DNA of 57,580 nucleotides, filler included, from Jimgerdemannia flammicorona (GCA_003990765.1; 3 parts of 3 records of this genome joined end to end with filler, not necessarily neighbours in it), one strand, 5' to 3'; positions 27,070-39,449 are shown, counted from the whole stretch's first letter. The notes: generated from the sequence alone by a model not told the origin. Program-made: numbers and translations.

Positions 27070-27132
27070 AGGGTGGTGTTATTGTATACTTATTCATAGA
27101 CTGGTAATAAAGATGGAGTCCAAGGGACTATA

Positions 27133-27187
<55 letters not shown>

Positions 27188-27190
<3 letters not shown>

Positions 27191-30100
27191 ATTGGTGGCA
27201 GGTTCTCAGATGACATCATATTCAGAGTAACCTATCCACTTGACTAGGTATTCTGTGCAATGGTATCAGACTCACTTGTCTAAGATTTTCTCAACTTTAT
27301 ACTCGATATGATCTTTAACTATGACTAGTACTAATGGTGTCAGAATTTGGCCAGAATATAGAGGTGACTGGTTTCAGGCCTTAAGTTGTAATATATGGAA
27401 TACTAAGTATATATGTATGGTTGTTGGCAAGTTGAGGTGGTAAGACCAGGTAGAGACTTGCTCAGTGATCTCAAAGAGTCCAAGATACTTAGACTGGAAT
27501 TTGGCTGACTGGTGGTTGACTTGAGATTGAGCCTTGATGTTGTCAGCTTTGAGTAGAACCATATTACCAATGTTGTATATAATATCTCACCGCTTCTTAT
27601 CTGCATACTTAGCTTGAGGTTGCTGAGCCTTTTGTAGATTCATAGTGGTGACCTTGAGAAGGGAATCCATTTTGTTAATAAGGTTCTGAGCTGTGAGGAC
27701 TTGTGTATGACTAGATTGCTGGAATGAGACTAGGCTTACAGAGGTCTCAGGGTTTTGATCATGAAGTAGCTGAAATGGGGAAAGGCCAGTTGATGATTGG
27801 TTGGTATTGTTATAGGCAAACTCGGTATAGATCAGATAGTGGTCCCAATCATCTTGCTTATAAGATACATAGTTTCTGAGCATTTATTCAAGTATTCTAT
27901 TCATTTACTCTGTCTGTCCATCAGTTTGAGGATGGAAGGCCATGGATATAGCAATTTGGATTCCAAGGGTCTTGAAGAGTGCTTGCCAGAAGTGACTTGT
28001 GAACTTGGGATTGCAGTTGCTGATAATTACATAGAGAAGTCCATAATGGCAGAAAATAGTCTTGAAGAAGATTCTTGCAATTTCTAGGATAGTGGTATTG
28101 GTTGTAGTTGACTTGGTGATTGTAATCTTGGTGAGATGGTCTACAAACACAACAATAGCATCATAGCCTGTTTTGGTTCATAGGAGTTGCACAATGAAGT
28201 CCATTGTGACTTGTTTGAACTTCTTGGTTGGAATTGGCAAGGATTGTAGAAGACCAGCAGGTACTTTGTTGCTTGACTTATTTCTTTGACAAAGATCACA
28301 GCTTTGGACATACTCTTTGATTTCCTTGAGCATATTTGACCAGTAGTAGTCTTGTTAGATATTCTTGATGGTCTTCATAGTTCCAAGGTGACCAGCTAGT
28401 GGGGAGTCATAATGTTCATGAAGAATCTTATACCATAGTTCAGGGTTGGCAGGAATATATACTTTGTCTTGATAGTATATGAGGTTGTCCTTGATGGTGT
28501 ACTTTTTCTTGAATTCCTTGGTATTTCTTTGTAGAACCAGAGAGTCTTGTTTATATGCCTTCTTGATCTGATTGAGGAATTCAGATACCACAGTGACTTG
28601 TAAGATCATGGCAAGATCAGGTCTTCTTGACAGTACATCTGGTATAACTAGAGTTTTGCTAGGCTTATAGATGATGTTTGGGGTAAAGGTCTGAAGTAGT
28701 TGACTCTACTTGGCTTGTTGGTGAGAAAGGGTTGGTTGAGTGTTGATGTACTAAAGGGACCTGTGATTGGTGATCATGTCAAACTCAACTCCTTCTAAAT
28801 AGTATCACCAGGTCTTAAAAGCATGTATGATTGCCAGGAGTTCCTTTTTGTGAGTAGCCAGCTTTTGTTCTGCTGGGGACAATTTTCTTGACTCAAAGGC
28901 AATAGGTTGGTGTCCTTGACCATCATCTTGAGAAATGACTGCACCAATGGCAAAGTTAGATGCATCTGTAGTGACCATGAACTTCAAGTTTGGGTCCATG
29001 TTTCTAAGGACAGGTGCATGGGTCAGGCAGTTCTTGAGTTCTTGAAAAGCTTATTGACAGAAAGCATCCCAGATGTAGGGGACATAGAGGTCAGAGTTGG
29101 GTTCTTTTCACAGGAGGTTTGTCAAAGATTCTGCAATGCCAGAGAAGTTCTTGACAAATCAACAGTAGTATCCAGCCAGATCAAGAAAGGACCTGAGTTC
29201 AGTGAGGTTTGCTGGTACAGGCCACTGTTCAATGGCTTATATTTTCCTTGAGTCTACTTGAATTCCTTTGGCTAATACAATGTGTCCAAGATATTCGACT
29301 TGATCCTTGAAAAATTCACATTTCTTGAGCTTTGTATAGAGCTTGTTCTCATGGAGAATCTTGAGGACTTGTTCAATGTGCTTGAGGTGTTCTTCTTCAG
29401 TACTACTGAAGATCAGGATATCATCAATGTATACAAGTACAAAGATATAGAGCTGATCCTTGAAGACAGTTTACATGAGGTCTTGAAAGGTTGCTGGCAC
29501 ATTGGTGAGACCAAAGACTATGACTAGAAATTTGTAGAGTCCAAAGAGTGTCATGAAGGCAGTCTTGGGTATGTCTTCTAGCTTGATTCAAATTTGGTGA
29601 TACCCAGAGATGAGATCAATCTTGGTGAAGTACTTTGTATTCTTGAGAGCATCAAAGATTTGATCTATGAGTAGTAGTAAATAATGGTTCTTGACTGTGA
29701 TCTTGTTGAGTGCTCAGTAGTCTATGCACATTTATAGAGTATCATCCTTTTTCTTGACAAATAGGACTAGGGAGCCAAAGGGTGACTTACTTGGCTAAAT
29801 AGCTCCTCACTCAATGAGTTTATTGAGTTCCTTCTTGACTGCTTCAATTTTGAGTGGAGATATGTAGTACATTTTCTTCTTAGATATAGCTGCATCAGGT
29901 ACCAACTTGATTTCGTGGTCATGGTCTCTTGAAGGTGGTAGACCAGGTAGTTTGTCTGGAAAGACATCCTTGTACTTGTTCAGCAGTAACTTGATGCTTT
30001 CACTAATGGATAGCTTTTTGTCTTCTTTCTTTGGTCGGATTAGTACCACAAAGGTATAGATAGCTTTCTTGAGGGCCTTCTTGAACTGAATTGCTGAAAG

Positions 30101-30496
30101 GGTAGCAATTGGGGTTCTCATCTGAGTTTTGTCTGGCTTGATGGTAATATTGGCTCCATCCTGAAACAAGGTGACTTCATTCTTGGTCCAATTAATCTGA
30201 GGGTTGTGCTGTATAAGCCAGAGTTTGCCTAGGATCAGGTCATGGTCTCCTAGTGATGCTACCTTGAAATCTAAATGTTCCCAGTACTTCTGGATCTTGA
30301 GGGGAAGTTTAGCAGCAATTGAGTCAATTGGTAAGGTGGTGCCATCTGTGGTGACAACTCCATCATTCTTGCCAGCTAATTTGGTAAGAATCTTGAGCTT
30401 GTCGATAAGGTTCTTGTTGATGAAGTTCTCAACAGCTCCACTGTCTATGAGAACATCTAGTTCTTGTCCCTTGACTAGACTTTTGAAAATAAGCAT
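27188..30496 (-). pseudogene. pol: Protease, RT, RNase H, integrase and chromodomain of element C (chromodomain end resumes at 21015-20980)
   Basis: LIDSGAVENFI (PR); VLVYIDDILIFS (RT); VTTDASNFAIGAVISQ (RH); HYDSPLAGHLG and AFHPQTDGQTE (IN); YLVKWIGYSEYDVI*EPATNL|KNSQDLI*EF (chromodomain). Confidence 0.95.
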
Positions 30497-30529
30497 TGAA
30501 TTGGCTCAGTTCTTGGCTATACTTGCAAC

Positions 30530-30945
30530 TTTGTCAGTGCTGCTAAAGCCTTTCTGATCTTGCTTGGTTGGAGACAGCTTGGTGACTTCTTTGATGACTG
30601 GTAGGGTGGCTTGCTCCAGAATGAGCTGTGCAATTCTGTCACCTTCATTGACAGTATATGGTTGGTTCTTGTGGTTAACTAGCAGGACTTGCATTTCACC
30701 TCAGAAGTCAGGGTCAATGACTCCAGTACCAATATCCAATGAGTACTTGAAACTGAGGCCAGATCTTGGCGCAATCCTTGCATAATATTTCTTGGGGATT
30801 TTAACTGAAAGGCCAGTTGGAATGAGCCTTCTTTTATGTGCAGAAATAGTGACTTGTTGTACTACTTGAAGGTCCAAACCAATGGCTCCTTCTGACTATA
30901 CTTGAGAGATCTGGGCCTTGGGGTTGACTTATATGAAATTGAGTA
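30530..30945 (-). pseudogene. dut: dUTPase of element C, between gag and protease
   Basis: IGLDLQ, RIAPRSGLS, GVIDPDF*GEMQVLL, GDRIAQLI and QKGFSST. Confidence 0.95.
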
Positions 30946-30959
30946 CAACTTCTTATTCA

Positions 30960-31201
30960 ACTGGTTGACCTTGGGTGTCTTTGGACAGGACTAGAATCCT
31001 CTTTGGTTCAGCAGTTTTCTTGAGATATTTAGTTGCAATGTAATCAGACTGATGGTAAAAGAAGCAGGCTCTAGCCTTCTTGAGATGCCCCTTTTCCTTG
31101 GGTGTAAGCTTGTCTTTTTTGTTCTTGTCAATAGTGTCTAGGTCCATGGGGGCAGGTCCAACAGTTCTGACTTTGGGTTCCTCCTTTCTGTGGTTGTTGT
31201 T

Positions 31202-31263
<62 letters not shown>

Positions 31264-33215
31264 AACTCAATGTCCTGTAGAATTTTATTGGAAGGGAACC
31301 TAGACTATATAGGCCCAAATCCTCCCCCACCACCCATTAAGCACTGCCCCCCCATTAACCTAGGCTAGCTATTATCCAGCAGCTCGACCATGCCAGGTGC
31401 AGCAGGGCCTATATTGGACCACATCTCATTCTGTGTACCATGCTCTCTCTACCACCAGGGGAAACCCAGCCATACACCAATGACCGAAAGTGCACACCTG
31501 AGAACCCAACATATATATAAGGCCATGCCCAAGCCGAATAGAATAGCCCCTGCTACCTCAAAGAGAATGACAGACAAAGAAAAACTCTTATCAAAGTACA
31601 ACATGGTGGGTAGGGCCTGGTTCTCCTAGTTGAGGTGAGTAAAGGACTTACACATGAGGTGGGAGGAGACCCCCAATACTCCACTACTCAAGCCTGTGGA
31701 CCTTGATCATATTGCTATATCAGCTCCTGGTTCCAGTTAAGTGCAGCCAAGATACCTGAAATGGGTAGCCTTGGGCCCCCTGACCCCCCCTGATGACTAG
31801 AGCCCAACTCACCAATCTGCCAAAAGAAGCTGAGAGTGACACCTACTACCTAACCATGCCACACCAATCAAAAGACCCCACTGAAGCAGCACTCACCCTA
31901 GCCCTGACGACTGTCCCTAGTCTGGCACCCTACTGATTCACTGTTATCATCCTTCCTCCTATCTGTGATAGCCATCTCCTCTCCCATCCCAACAACATCC
32001 AAAAAGCAGTCACCTATGCTAGAACCATGCTTGCTGGGAAGCTCACCAAAGTCAGAGGGCTCCACCATAGGTACTGAAGACCTGTAGGTAACCTATACTG
32101 AGTACTTGACACCTAAGGTCAGCTGACTCCCTATGTAGCCTGAGACACACCAAGACAATACCTTGTTGGTGACAGCAAAAGGAAGAAGGCACCACACCAA
32201 AACGAATGCACTCTAGACACAGCCGAAGGCACCAGAAACTATGAAAAAGTGGAGAAGACACTGATCTGATACCAATAAAGAGGCAACTCATCACTATTGC
32301 CTCTCTCCCACTGCTCTGTAATAGGTACAGTAAACCAACCCAAGGTAGAGGGGGTAATAATTATAGAAAGTGGACTTGGAAGGTTGCCTACCAAACCATT
32401 GTGACTAGTAAGGTAGTGGAGAAAGGAGCATGTGGTTGTTATTATTGTTGAAAGATGGTCTCTTCTATTCAAAGTAGTAACTATAGGTGATGATATCAAA
32501 CCTATCAGCAATTTTCATTGCTGTATCTAGGTCCTTGGGTTCTTCTAGTTCAATACAAACTTGGGTTTGACCTTTCAGGCCTCAGATATACTTGTTGACC
32601 TTCTCGTCTTCAGTGATATGTGGTAATTCTAGCAGGATTGACAGGAATTGTATATTATATACTTATATAGACTTAAGTTGTTTGACATTTGCCAGATGGT
32701 CTTGTGTAGTCTTAGTGCTGTTAACTGGTTTTAATTGGCCTTGAATAGCATCAGAGAATTCACCCCAGGTCTTAATTCAGCCAGAGAATCTGATATTCTG
32801 GACATGATTTCACCACCAGATTGCAGCATTCCCTTAGAGAAGTATAGTGGTAAATTGGACTAGTGTTGCTTCTTCCAAATTGGTCAGTTCTCCATATTGC
32901 TCCAATTGGAAAAGCTAGGCATCAGTAGACAGTCCTCCTCTTTGACCATCAAAAGTGTTGGGCTTTTGGGGCTTGATAGTGACTGTTGTCAGATATATTG
33001 ATGTTGGTAGAGGTACAGAGGTATGAGCAGAAGCCTTGCTTTCCTTTCTTTCTATATGTTCTTGAAGTTGAGCAATCTGAGCTAATGCAGTCTGAAAAAG
33101 ACTCTTGATGGCCCCATTTGACTGAGTAGGGTTTTGCTATTCCTCTTCTTCTTGCTGATTGTATGAGGCATTGCCTGGACCATAGATACTATATGAAGAA
33201 TTCTACCCATTGTCC
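30960..33215 (-). pseudogene. gag: Gag of element C, split by the retroposon at 31205-32430
   Basis: IKPQKPNTFDG, GNAAIWW, DEKVNKYI*GLK, GPAPMDLD and decayed knuckle ACFFYHQSDYIATKY. Confidence 0.85.
31205..32430 (-). mobile_element. Non-autonomous ~1.2 kb poly(A) retroposon (SINE-like, non-coding), copy 1
   Basis: Poly(T) 31203-31259 with AATAAA upstream on the minus strand; 16-bp TSD TGTGGTTGTTGTTGTT (31189-31204) / TGTGGTTGTTATTATT (32431-32446); second copy at ~55890-56302. Confidence 0.88.
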
Positions 33216-33270
33216 TCCATAGTGTTGTGACTGATATCTTGAGAGGTATCTTAATAAGGTTAGGTGTAAC

Positions 33271-33285
33271 CACCTGCTGCTACCA
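33271..33285 (-). promoter_or_regulatory. Primer binding site of element C (initiator tRNA-Met-like)
   Basis: TGGTAGCAGCAGGTG, 2 nt downstream of the 5' LTR; TGGTAGC is complementary to the GCTACCA 3' end of initiator tRNAs. Confidence 0.8.
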
Positions 33286-33287
33286 AG

Positions 33288-33691
33288 TGTAATAGTTCTA
33301 GTTTCTAAATGAGAAAGTGACTAGTTCTGGTAGTTCTAAGTAGCTCGAAGAGATACTAAGGATTCAAGTGTTCTCCAAGGATTTCTGAGAGAAAATATTC
33401 TGAGACTTTATTCATAAGAACAAAGGGGATATTTATACAAGATCTGAAAGAAGGATCCAGAAGGATCTGAGAAATCAAAGGAAAATACCAAGAGGAAAGT
33501 TCTCAGCAAAGATGATAAATGATGATAAATAAAGTTCTACAAGTTTCCAAGATAATCTGTGACTAGCTAAATAAGTACTAGTTAATGCTCAGTGCCAAGA
33601 AGGGGATTTCTAAGTACACAGAAAGTGCTAAAAGGTTATAGAATATTTAAGAAAGACAGAGAAAAGAAATAAACTATGCTAAAGTGTTATA
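33288..33691 (-). repeat. 5' LTR of element C
   Basis: 404-bp direct repeat of 20248-20651. Confidence 0.96.
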
Positions 33692-36600
33692 GAGATCCAG
33701 CTACCCCCTCTCAACTCCACTGCTCTCTTTAACCACTATGCTCTCAAGCAGTATAGCCTCTTTGGAAAGTCAACCAGCCCAAGACCTCCTCTTGTCACTA
33801 GTAAGGATAAAATCTCCCAACTGATCTGACTCCTCCTTTCAGCCCAGATCTACTCCTTGGTCAGCTTCAATAGTCTCTTCACCACCCAGGCTAGAAAGTC
33901 TAGATGATAAGCCAGATACTATAACTTCAGCAGCCAATAGATATTCAAAATCAAGACACACCCCACTAGAGGCAAGTGGCAACCTCCCCAACTCTGCAGG
34001 GCCTCTCTCCAGATTACAACCCTCTGCTCCCATCAAAGTCTTGATAGGACCAACCCATATACTGATAAATAGATACCTAAGTACCACACTACTTCTCCAG
34101 TAGAGACGATTGTTCTAATAACATCCCCTCCCACCAGTCTATTGCCTAACACCATTGTTTCACACTTGTGCTAATTGAGTTTAGCCCCAGAGTTCTTCTC
34201 ATACTACTCTACCATCTTTTTGAGCTTCTCAACATCAGTGATTGATCCCAGGCTGACCACTATGTCATCCACAAAGGCCCCAACTTTCCACCCAATTCCA
34301 AAGACTGAGAGTCCTACTATTTTTCATCAGATTCTGTCTATTAAAGGTTCTAGGGAAAGAGCATACAGGATGGGGGACAGTGGGTCCCCCTGGGGTACAC
34401 CCCTATCCAGGAGAAATAACATCCCTCTATATCTATTACACATGAGTGCAGCCTGATTTCCTTTCAGTAGGATGATTATTGCTGACCAGAACTAGTATGG
34501 TACCTCAGTCCTATCTAAGCCAGACTCACTATACCTAGTCATAAGCCTTCTCCTGGTCTAAGAAGACCAGTAACCCATCCAGTCTATGAGCTTGTACCCC
34601 TTCAATAACTCCATGTACCCAGGCTGTATCATCCCTAATGAGCCAGTCTCCTACAAAGCTCCTCTGTTCAATACCCAAGACTTGCTGGGCCACCTTCTGT
34701 AGTCTCATGACCACTACCTTAGTTATCAACTTTCTGTCTATATCTAGCAGTATAATTTGCTGCCAGTTCTTCCAGTCCTCTCTCCTTCTCTTGTTCTTGT
34801 AAAGCAATGTCACCAGCTCCAGATCCTGCTCCCCCACCTATCTCTCTGACTGTAGTATAAAATCACACAGTGCTATCATCTTCCTCAGTACTCCTGAGAT
34901 CCCCACTATCTTCTTCCAGAAGTCCCAGGGCAGACCATCCTCTCCAGATACCATATCCAGCATTGTCATGGCAAGAACCTGGTGGATCTCTTCCTCCTGT
35001 ACTGGCAATACTAAGTCACCCAGCCCATCTGCCTGTAGGGGGTACCAATTCTCTAATATCTAGTCAATAGCAGTAGCATCAGCCCCACCCTCCTTCACAC
35101 TCCATAATCTACTCCATTGCTCCTTTAACAATCCAAGAATGTCTTGTATACCATGCACCAGTATACTATCAGAGTCAAGTACCCTCTCTTACCTTTGCTG
35201 TACTCTTCTTATCTGAAGGGCCCTTATGAGATACTTTGAGGGTCTTTCCCCTTCCTCCAAACTCTGCCAATAAAGCCATACCACTAAGCCCTACACCCAT
35301 GTCTCTTTCTCTTCCCACAACACCTGTTGTAATTCTCTAACCTCCATTTTTGCCCTCATTAATCTCCAATCCTCTCTCCCCTCCAATATTACTAGTTCTA
35401 CCCAATCTTTCAAGAACCTAGTCAGTCTAACAGAAGCCCATCTCACCCATCACCTCCTCTGCTTCTCAGCCTCCTTACCAGCCTCACTTCAGTAGACTCT
35501 GGTCATCTCTTTCATCCTCATCTACTAGATACTAACTGGGGCACCTTTCTGCCTCCAGCTCTCCACCCTCAGTTGAATGTTCTCAGTCCACTTATCTCAC
35601 CAGGTCCTATCATCTAATAATGAGGAATTGAGGTACCAATGTCCAGGCCCATCCCCACTCCCCCCAAAATGTCTCTGTCCTAACAGCTCTCAATGATCTG
35701 ACCATGGACACTACTCCACCTCCAGCAACTTCCAAATATCCAAACCCCAGCAGCTAGCTATCAAAATTCAGTCAATCCTCATTCCCAGGCCCACTGCCCA
35801 ATGTGTGTATACTCTTCTATCCCCCCAACACTCCCTGCCAGTATCAACCAGAGTACTTAGCCTTTCCACTTTCTCTTATACTGCCAGCCCTCCACTCCTA
35901 CCCTCAGTTCTCCATCCTCCATCAGTTCTATCCACCAGTATATCTCAGACCATATTGAAGTCTCCTCCAAGTATATCCACCCCAGCCTCTGCAAGGACCC
36001 CACTCTCCTGGAGACCCTTCACCCAATCCACATACACCCCATACAGTGGGGCAGTAACAGGAGCCCCCCATGACCAGCTCCCAGCCTATATATATCCACT
36101 CTCCCCAGACCAATCTATCCCCCCAGCTCCTTATATCATGTATCTCCCCTCTGCCTCTCCAGACCAGAATTCCAACCTTACTCTTCCAAACTGCCTCACC
36201 TCCCCAATCCTTCATCCATTCTAGCCTATCTAATCATTCTCATACCTAATATCCTGCAAGAGGAAGAGATCAGTCTTCAATTCCTTCAGCAAAGTAAAAA
36301 TGTTCCTATGTTAAGAAGAGCCCTACAACCCATTCACATTTAAAGAAAAAATATTGGTTGTACTATTTATAATAAAATATAATGTGGTATCAAGTCCATC
36401 CTCTATTGCTCCATATTTATCTCTTCCTGTGCTATGTCCAGATTATGTTCTACAGTTACCTCCACCTCTTCAGTTCTCCTTGCCTTTAATCCAGCCAACA
36501 GCTCATTCATCTCCCCATCTGTCTTTTCCTCAAACTCCTCCCAGTACTCCAGGCAGGCCTTCTGCCAGAGCTGCAATCCATGATGCTTATTCCAGTAGTA

Positions 36601-38288
36601 GTTGGCCCTCTCACCAGTAACACCTGTCAGCTCTGCCTCCCACTCCTTATCTACCTCATATCCTTCCTCCTCCAGATATACTACAAGAATTTCTGTCTTC
36701 AATACTATCACCACTCCATCTCTCTACAAGATCCACACCTAATGCTCATCACTCATTACTCTCAGGTACATCTCTCCCAACTCTTCAGCTGCCAAGTTAT
36801 TTATTATCCTATATATCCAAAGTAGGTTCCCCATCTCCTTCTCTCCAGGAGTCACTGGCCTCTCTCTCTCCAGTATTATAGTGTCAGCCCCAGCACTTGC
36901 AGACTCATTCCATACCTCCAGGACATCCACCAATTCCTCCTCTCCAACTGCCACCACTTGTCCCCCATTTGCTACCTCTGGAACTCCAAATTGCACTTGC
37001 TGGGTCTCCCACATTAGTACATCCTCTACCACCTAGCTCTGAGAAGCCAGACCTCACCTGATAAGCAGAGTAAGAGTAGGTGAGTCCTCCCAGACCTCCT
37101 TCCAGATCTCAAACATACTATCAGCATATGGGTCCTTGCCTGTCATCTCTCTATTCTCTCCTGTCTCCTTCCCTGCACTCTCTCTATCCTCATCAGCCTA
37201 GATACTCACTTTGGTACCCCCCATCTCCTCAATTCCACCCACATCCTTCTGTAGTCTACTCTCCAGCTTAGCTAGCAGCTTCTTCTGCCTCTTACATTCC
37301 TGTACTCTTTTCCACTACCTCTTGTCTACTTGAATGTACTTCCTATCTACTATCTCCAAATGAGTCAACTCAACAAAAGCCTTCTAAGCCTTCACCCACT
37401 GCTCTACAGCACTACTCAGCTCTTTCAGTGCTTCTAATAAGTCCTCTTCCTCCTTCTCACTCCTCTTCACCCTTGTTACCTTGCATAAGATTGTCCTCTA
37501 GATCATCACCAAAGACCAGTCCCTTGTCTTTCTAGTAGCTTCCTTCTCTGCCAACCAAATCCTCACATCAACATTCCCAGTCCTGAGCAAGGTCTCTTCC
37601 CAGACTCTGAATCTGATATCTACCACCTCTCTATACTTGGCCATGACCTCCTTGACTCTCCTTCTCATCTCCACTGCCATCACCATGGGCACTCCTTTCA
37701 CCAGCAGTTGAACTACCCTAGGATCCCATCTCAGACAACATGTCATTGGAACACATACCTCTCCAACAATCAATTCAGCCTTCAGCACCTCCTCTAAAGA
37801 CCCAGCATCCTCAAAGCCCACCTTTACTCCCTTCAATCTCTTCAGAAACTTTACTGATGCTGCTTCAGCCACCTGCTTAGTGATAAGCCCCAGCACCATT
37901 TTTACCATCACCACTAGGTCCTGGAAGTACAGTATAACTACAAATGCTGAGATTGACTTTTTGAGTAATAGGGCTACTACCAGGTCCATTATACTATCTG
38001 CCAAATCCCCCTGCCTTCTAAGCCCCAACTGCTCAGTCTTACCACCAGCAGTTACATCTGGATTTTTTTCCAGATTGGTAGTCTCATCACTATCAGCCAT
38101 CATATTCATCCTAGCCACTACACCCCCAGCTCCACCACCTTTACTGCCAAGAGCTACTCCCCTATATACTGCTGCCTTCCCCATCTCCTTGCCTTTCCTC
38201 AGCCATCTTTCCAGCCCAAATGCCTGCTGTCTCTCCTTCACTGTCTTGCAAAGCTCACCCTTCCAGACTCCTGTCCTCCATTACTGCT

Positions 38289-38293
<5 letters not shown>

Positions 38294-38357
<64 letters not shown>
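38294..38357 (-). repeat. Poly(A) tail of a further retroposon inserted into ORF1 of LINE copy 4 (body not in this contig)
   Basis: ~64-nt T run that abruptly interrupts ORF1 sequence continuous in copy 1. Confidence 0.7.
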
Positions 38358-38457
38358 NNNNNNNNNNNNNNNNNNNNNNNNNNNNNNNNNNNNNNNNNNN
38401 NTTAATTAATTAANNNNNNNNNNNNNNNNNNNNNNNNNNNNNNNNNNNNNNNNNNNN
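38358..38457. other. Artificial assembly spacer
   Basis: 44 N + TTAATTAATTAA + 44 N. Confidence 0.97.
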
Positions 38458-38780
38458 CCCCCCTACTCCTTCTCGACGAAAGACCACTTTATCAGACACC
38501 ATTACCACCCGCCCACCACTCTGCTCACAGATCCCTCTACTACCAATCCCTTTCACTATGTTATTTATTCCTCTAATTCTATTTATCTTCTATTCTTAAA
38601 TACATATAGAGAATGTCCAGCTAACCCCACCCATATTGCCAAAGCCCATCTGACAGTGAGCCACTTATTATTAATACACTCTACCAATCATAACCTCAAG
38701 TCTCCCCAATGATCTCCCTTTCCACCCTCTTGCCTTCTCACTTCTAAGTAACTGCCAACTATCACTCAGAAGTTTTTCAT
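38458..38780 (-). mobile_element. Short degenerate fragments of LINE ORF2 3' region
   Basis: 38458-38545 is reverse-complement similar to ~21110-21200; 38620-38780 is weakly similar to the LINE 3' coding region. Confidence 0.55.
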
Positions 38781-38904
38781 TAATAAAGTGCCCTCTTATA
38801 ACTTGGTAGTAGTAGTTTATAATCCAATTTTACTTCAAGACACTTCCTTACTTAGCTATAAATCTTTTTAAGAATTCCTATAAGTTGGTATAAATAGTGC
38901 TCCC

Positions 38905-39185
38905 AATAAATTAAATTAAATCAAATTTGACCCAAATTTAATTCAGTCAATTCAAATCAAAGATCAGATTCAATTTGAACCTATTTTTTAAAATATAATA
39001 ATCTGATAAATATATGTCCAAATATAATGACTCTTAGCTTGTTAGATTTCTCTATATAAGAGAAATCTAACAAGCTAAAGATTATAAAATTTGAATATAT
39101 TTCATTAAGATATTATATTTCTAAGAATAGGGTTTGAATCAGACCCTCAATTTGATTTGATTTAAATTGATTCAATTCATTTAGA
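38905..39185. repeat. AT-rich foldback palindrome (MITE-like)
   Basis: Perfect 20-bp inverted repeat 39034-39053 / 39059-39078 with a 5-nt loop, flanked by imperfect arms. Confidence 0.75.
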
Positions 39186-39449
39186 AGTACTAGATATAAA
39201 GCCCAACTGCTGAACTAGAATTTATTCTGAACTATTTGATAATCTGGAGCAAATTTAATCTAATATATAAGAATAATTAGACCTCTATACCTATAACAAG
39301 TGAGACAAGCTTTATACAAATAAGAAAGTACTCTAACTAAATTAATAAATAGGTAAAACTTTATTCACTAAACTCCTTACTCTATATTTTACAAGTCAAG
39401 ATAAAGAAGATCCTATAGATACCTTATTTATTCTTCACAACAAGAGTTT

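Larger units (their letters stand above)
21296..27187 (+). mobile_element. LINE copy 3, full length, least decayed copy
   Basis: Conserved 5' end, two ORFs, ~53-nt poly(A); 17-bp TSD GAGATTAGTGGCAGGTT (21016-21032) / GAGATTGGTGGCAGGTT (27188-27204) inside the chromodomain of element C. Confidence 0.96.
20248..33691 (-). mobile_element. Gypsy element C (chromovirus-type), complete with both LTRs, carrying two nested insertions
   Basis: 404-bp direct repeats at both ends, PBS, PPT, gag-dUTPase-PR-RT-RH-IN-chromodomain; decayed 5-bp TSD GGGAC (20243-20247) / GAGAT (33692-33696). Confidence 0.96.
19231..38293 (-). mobile_element. LINE copy 4, split by Gypsy element C (pieces 19231-20247 and 33692-38293); 5' end lost at a further poly(A) insertion and contig end
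   Basis: Poly(T) and 3' UTR at 19231 closely match copy 1; the sequence rejoins seamlessly across element C; EN start near 36370; ORF1 36403-38293. Confidence 0.92.

Noticed and set aside
30953..31333. Poly-Lys/poly-Phe ORFs (also 18859-19182, 31080-31280, 37880-38413)
   Set aside because: Translations of retroposon poly(A) tails
31790..31915. CTGATGA and CTGACGA as hammerhead ribozyme cores
   Set aside because: No stem II followed by GAAA at the required spacing, and they lie antisense to the element
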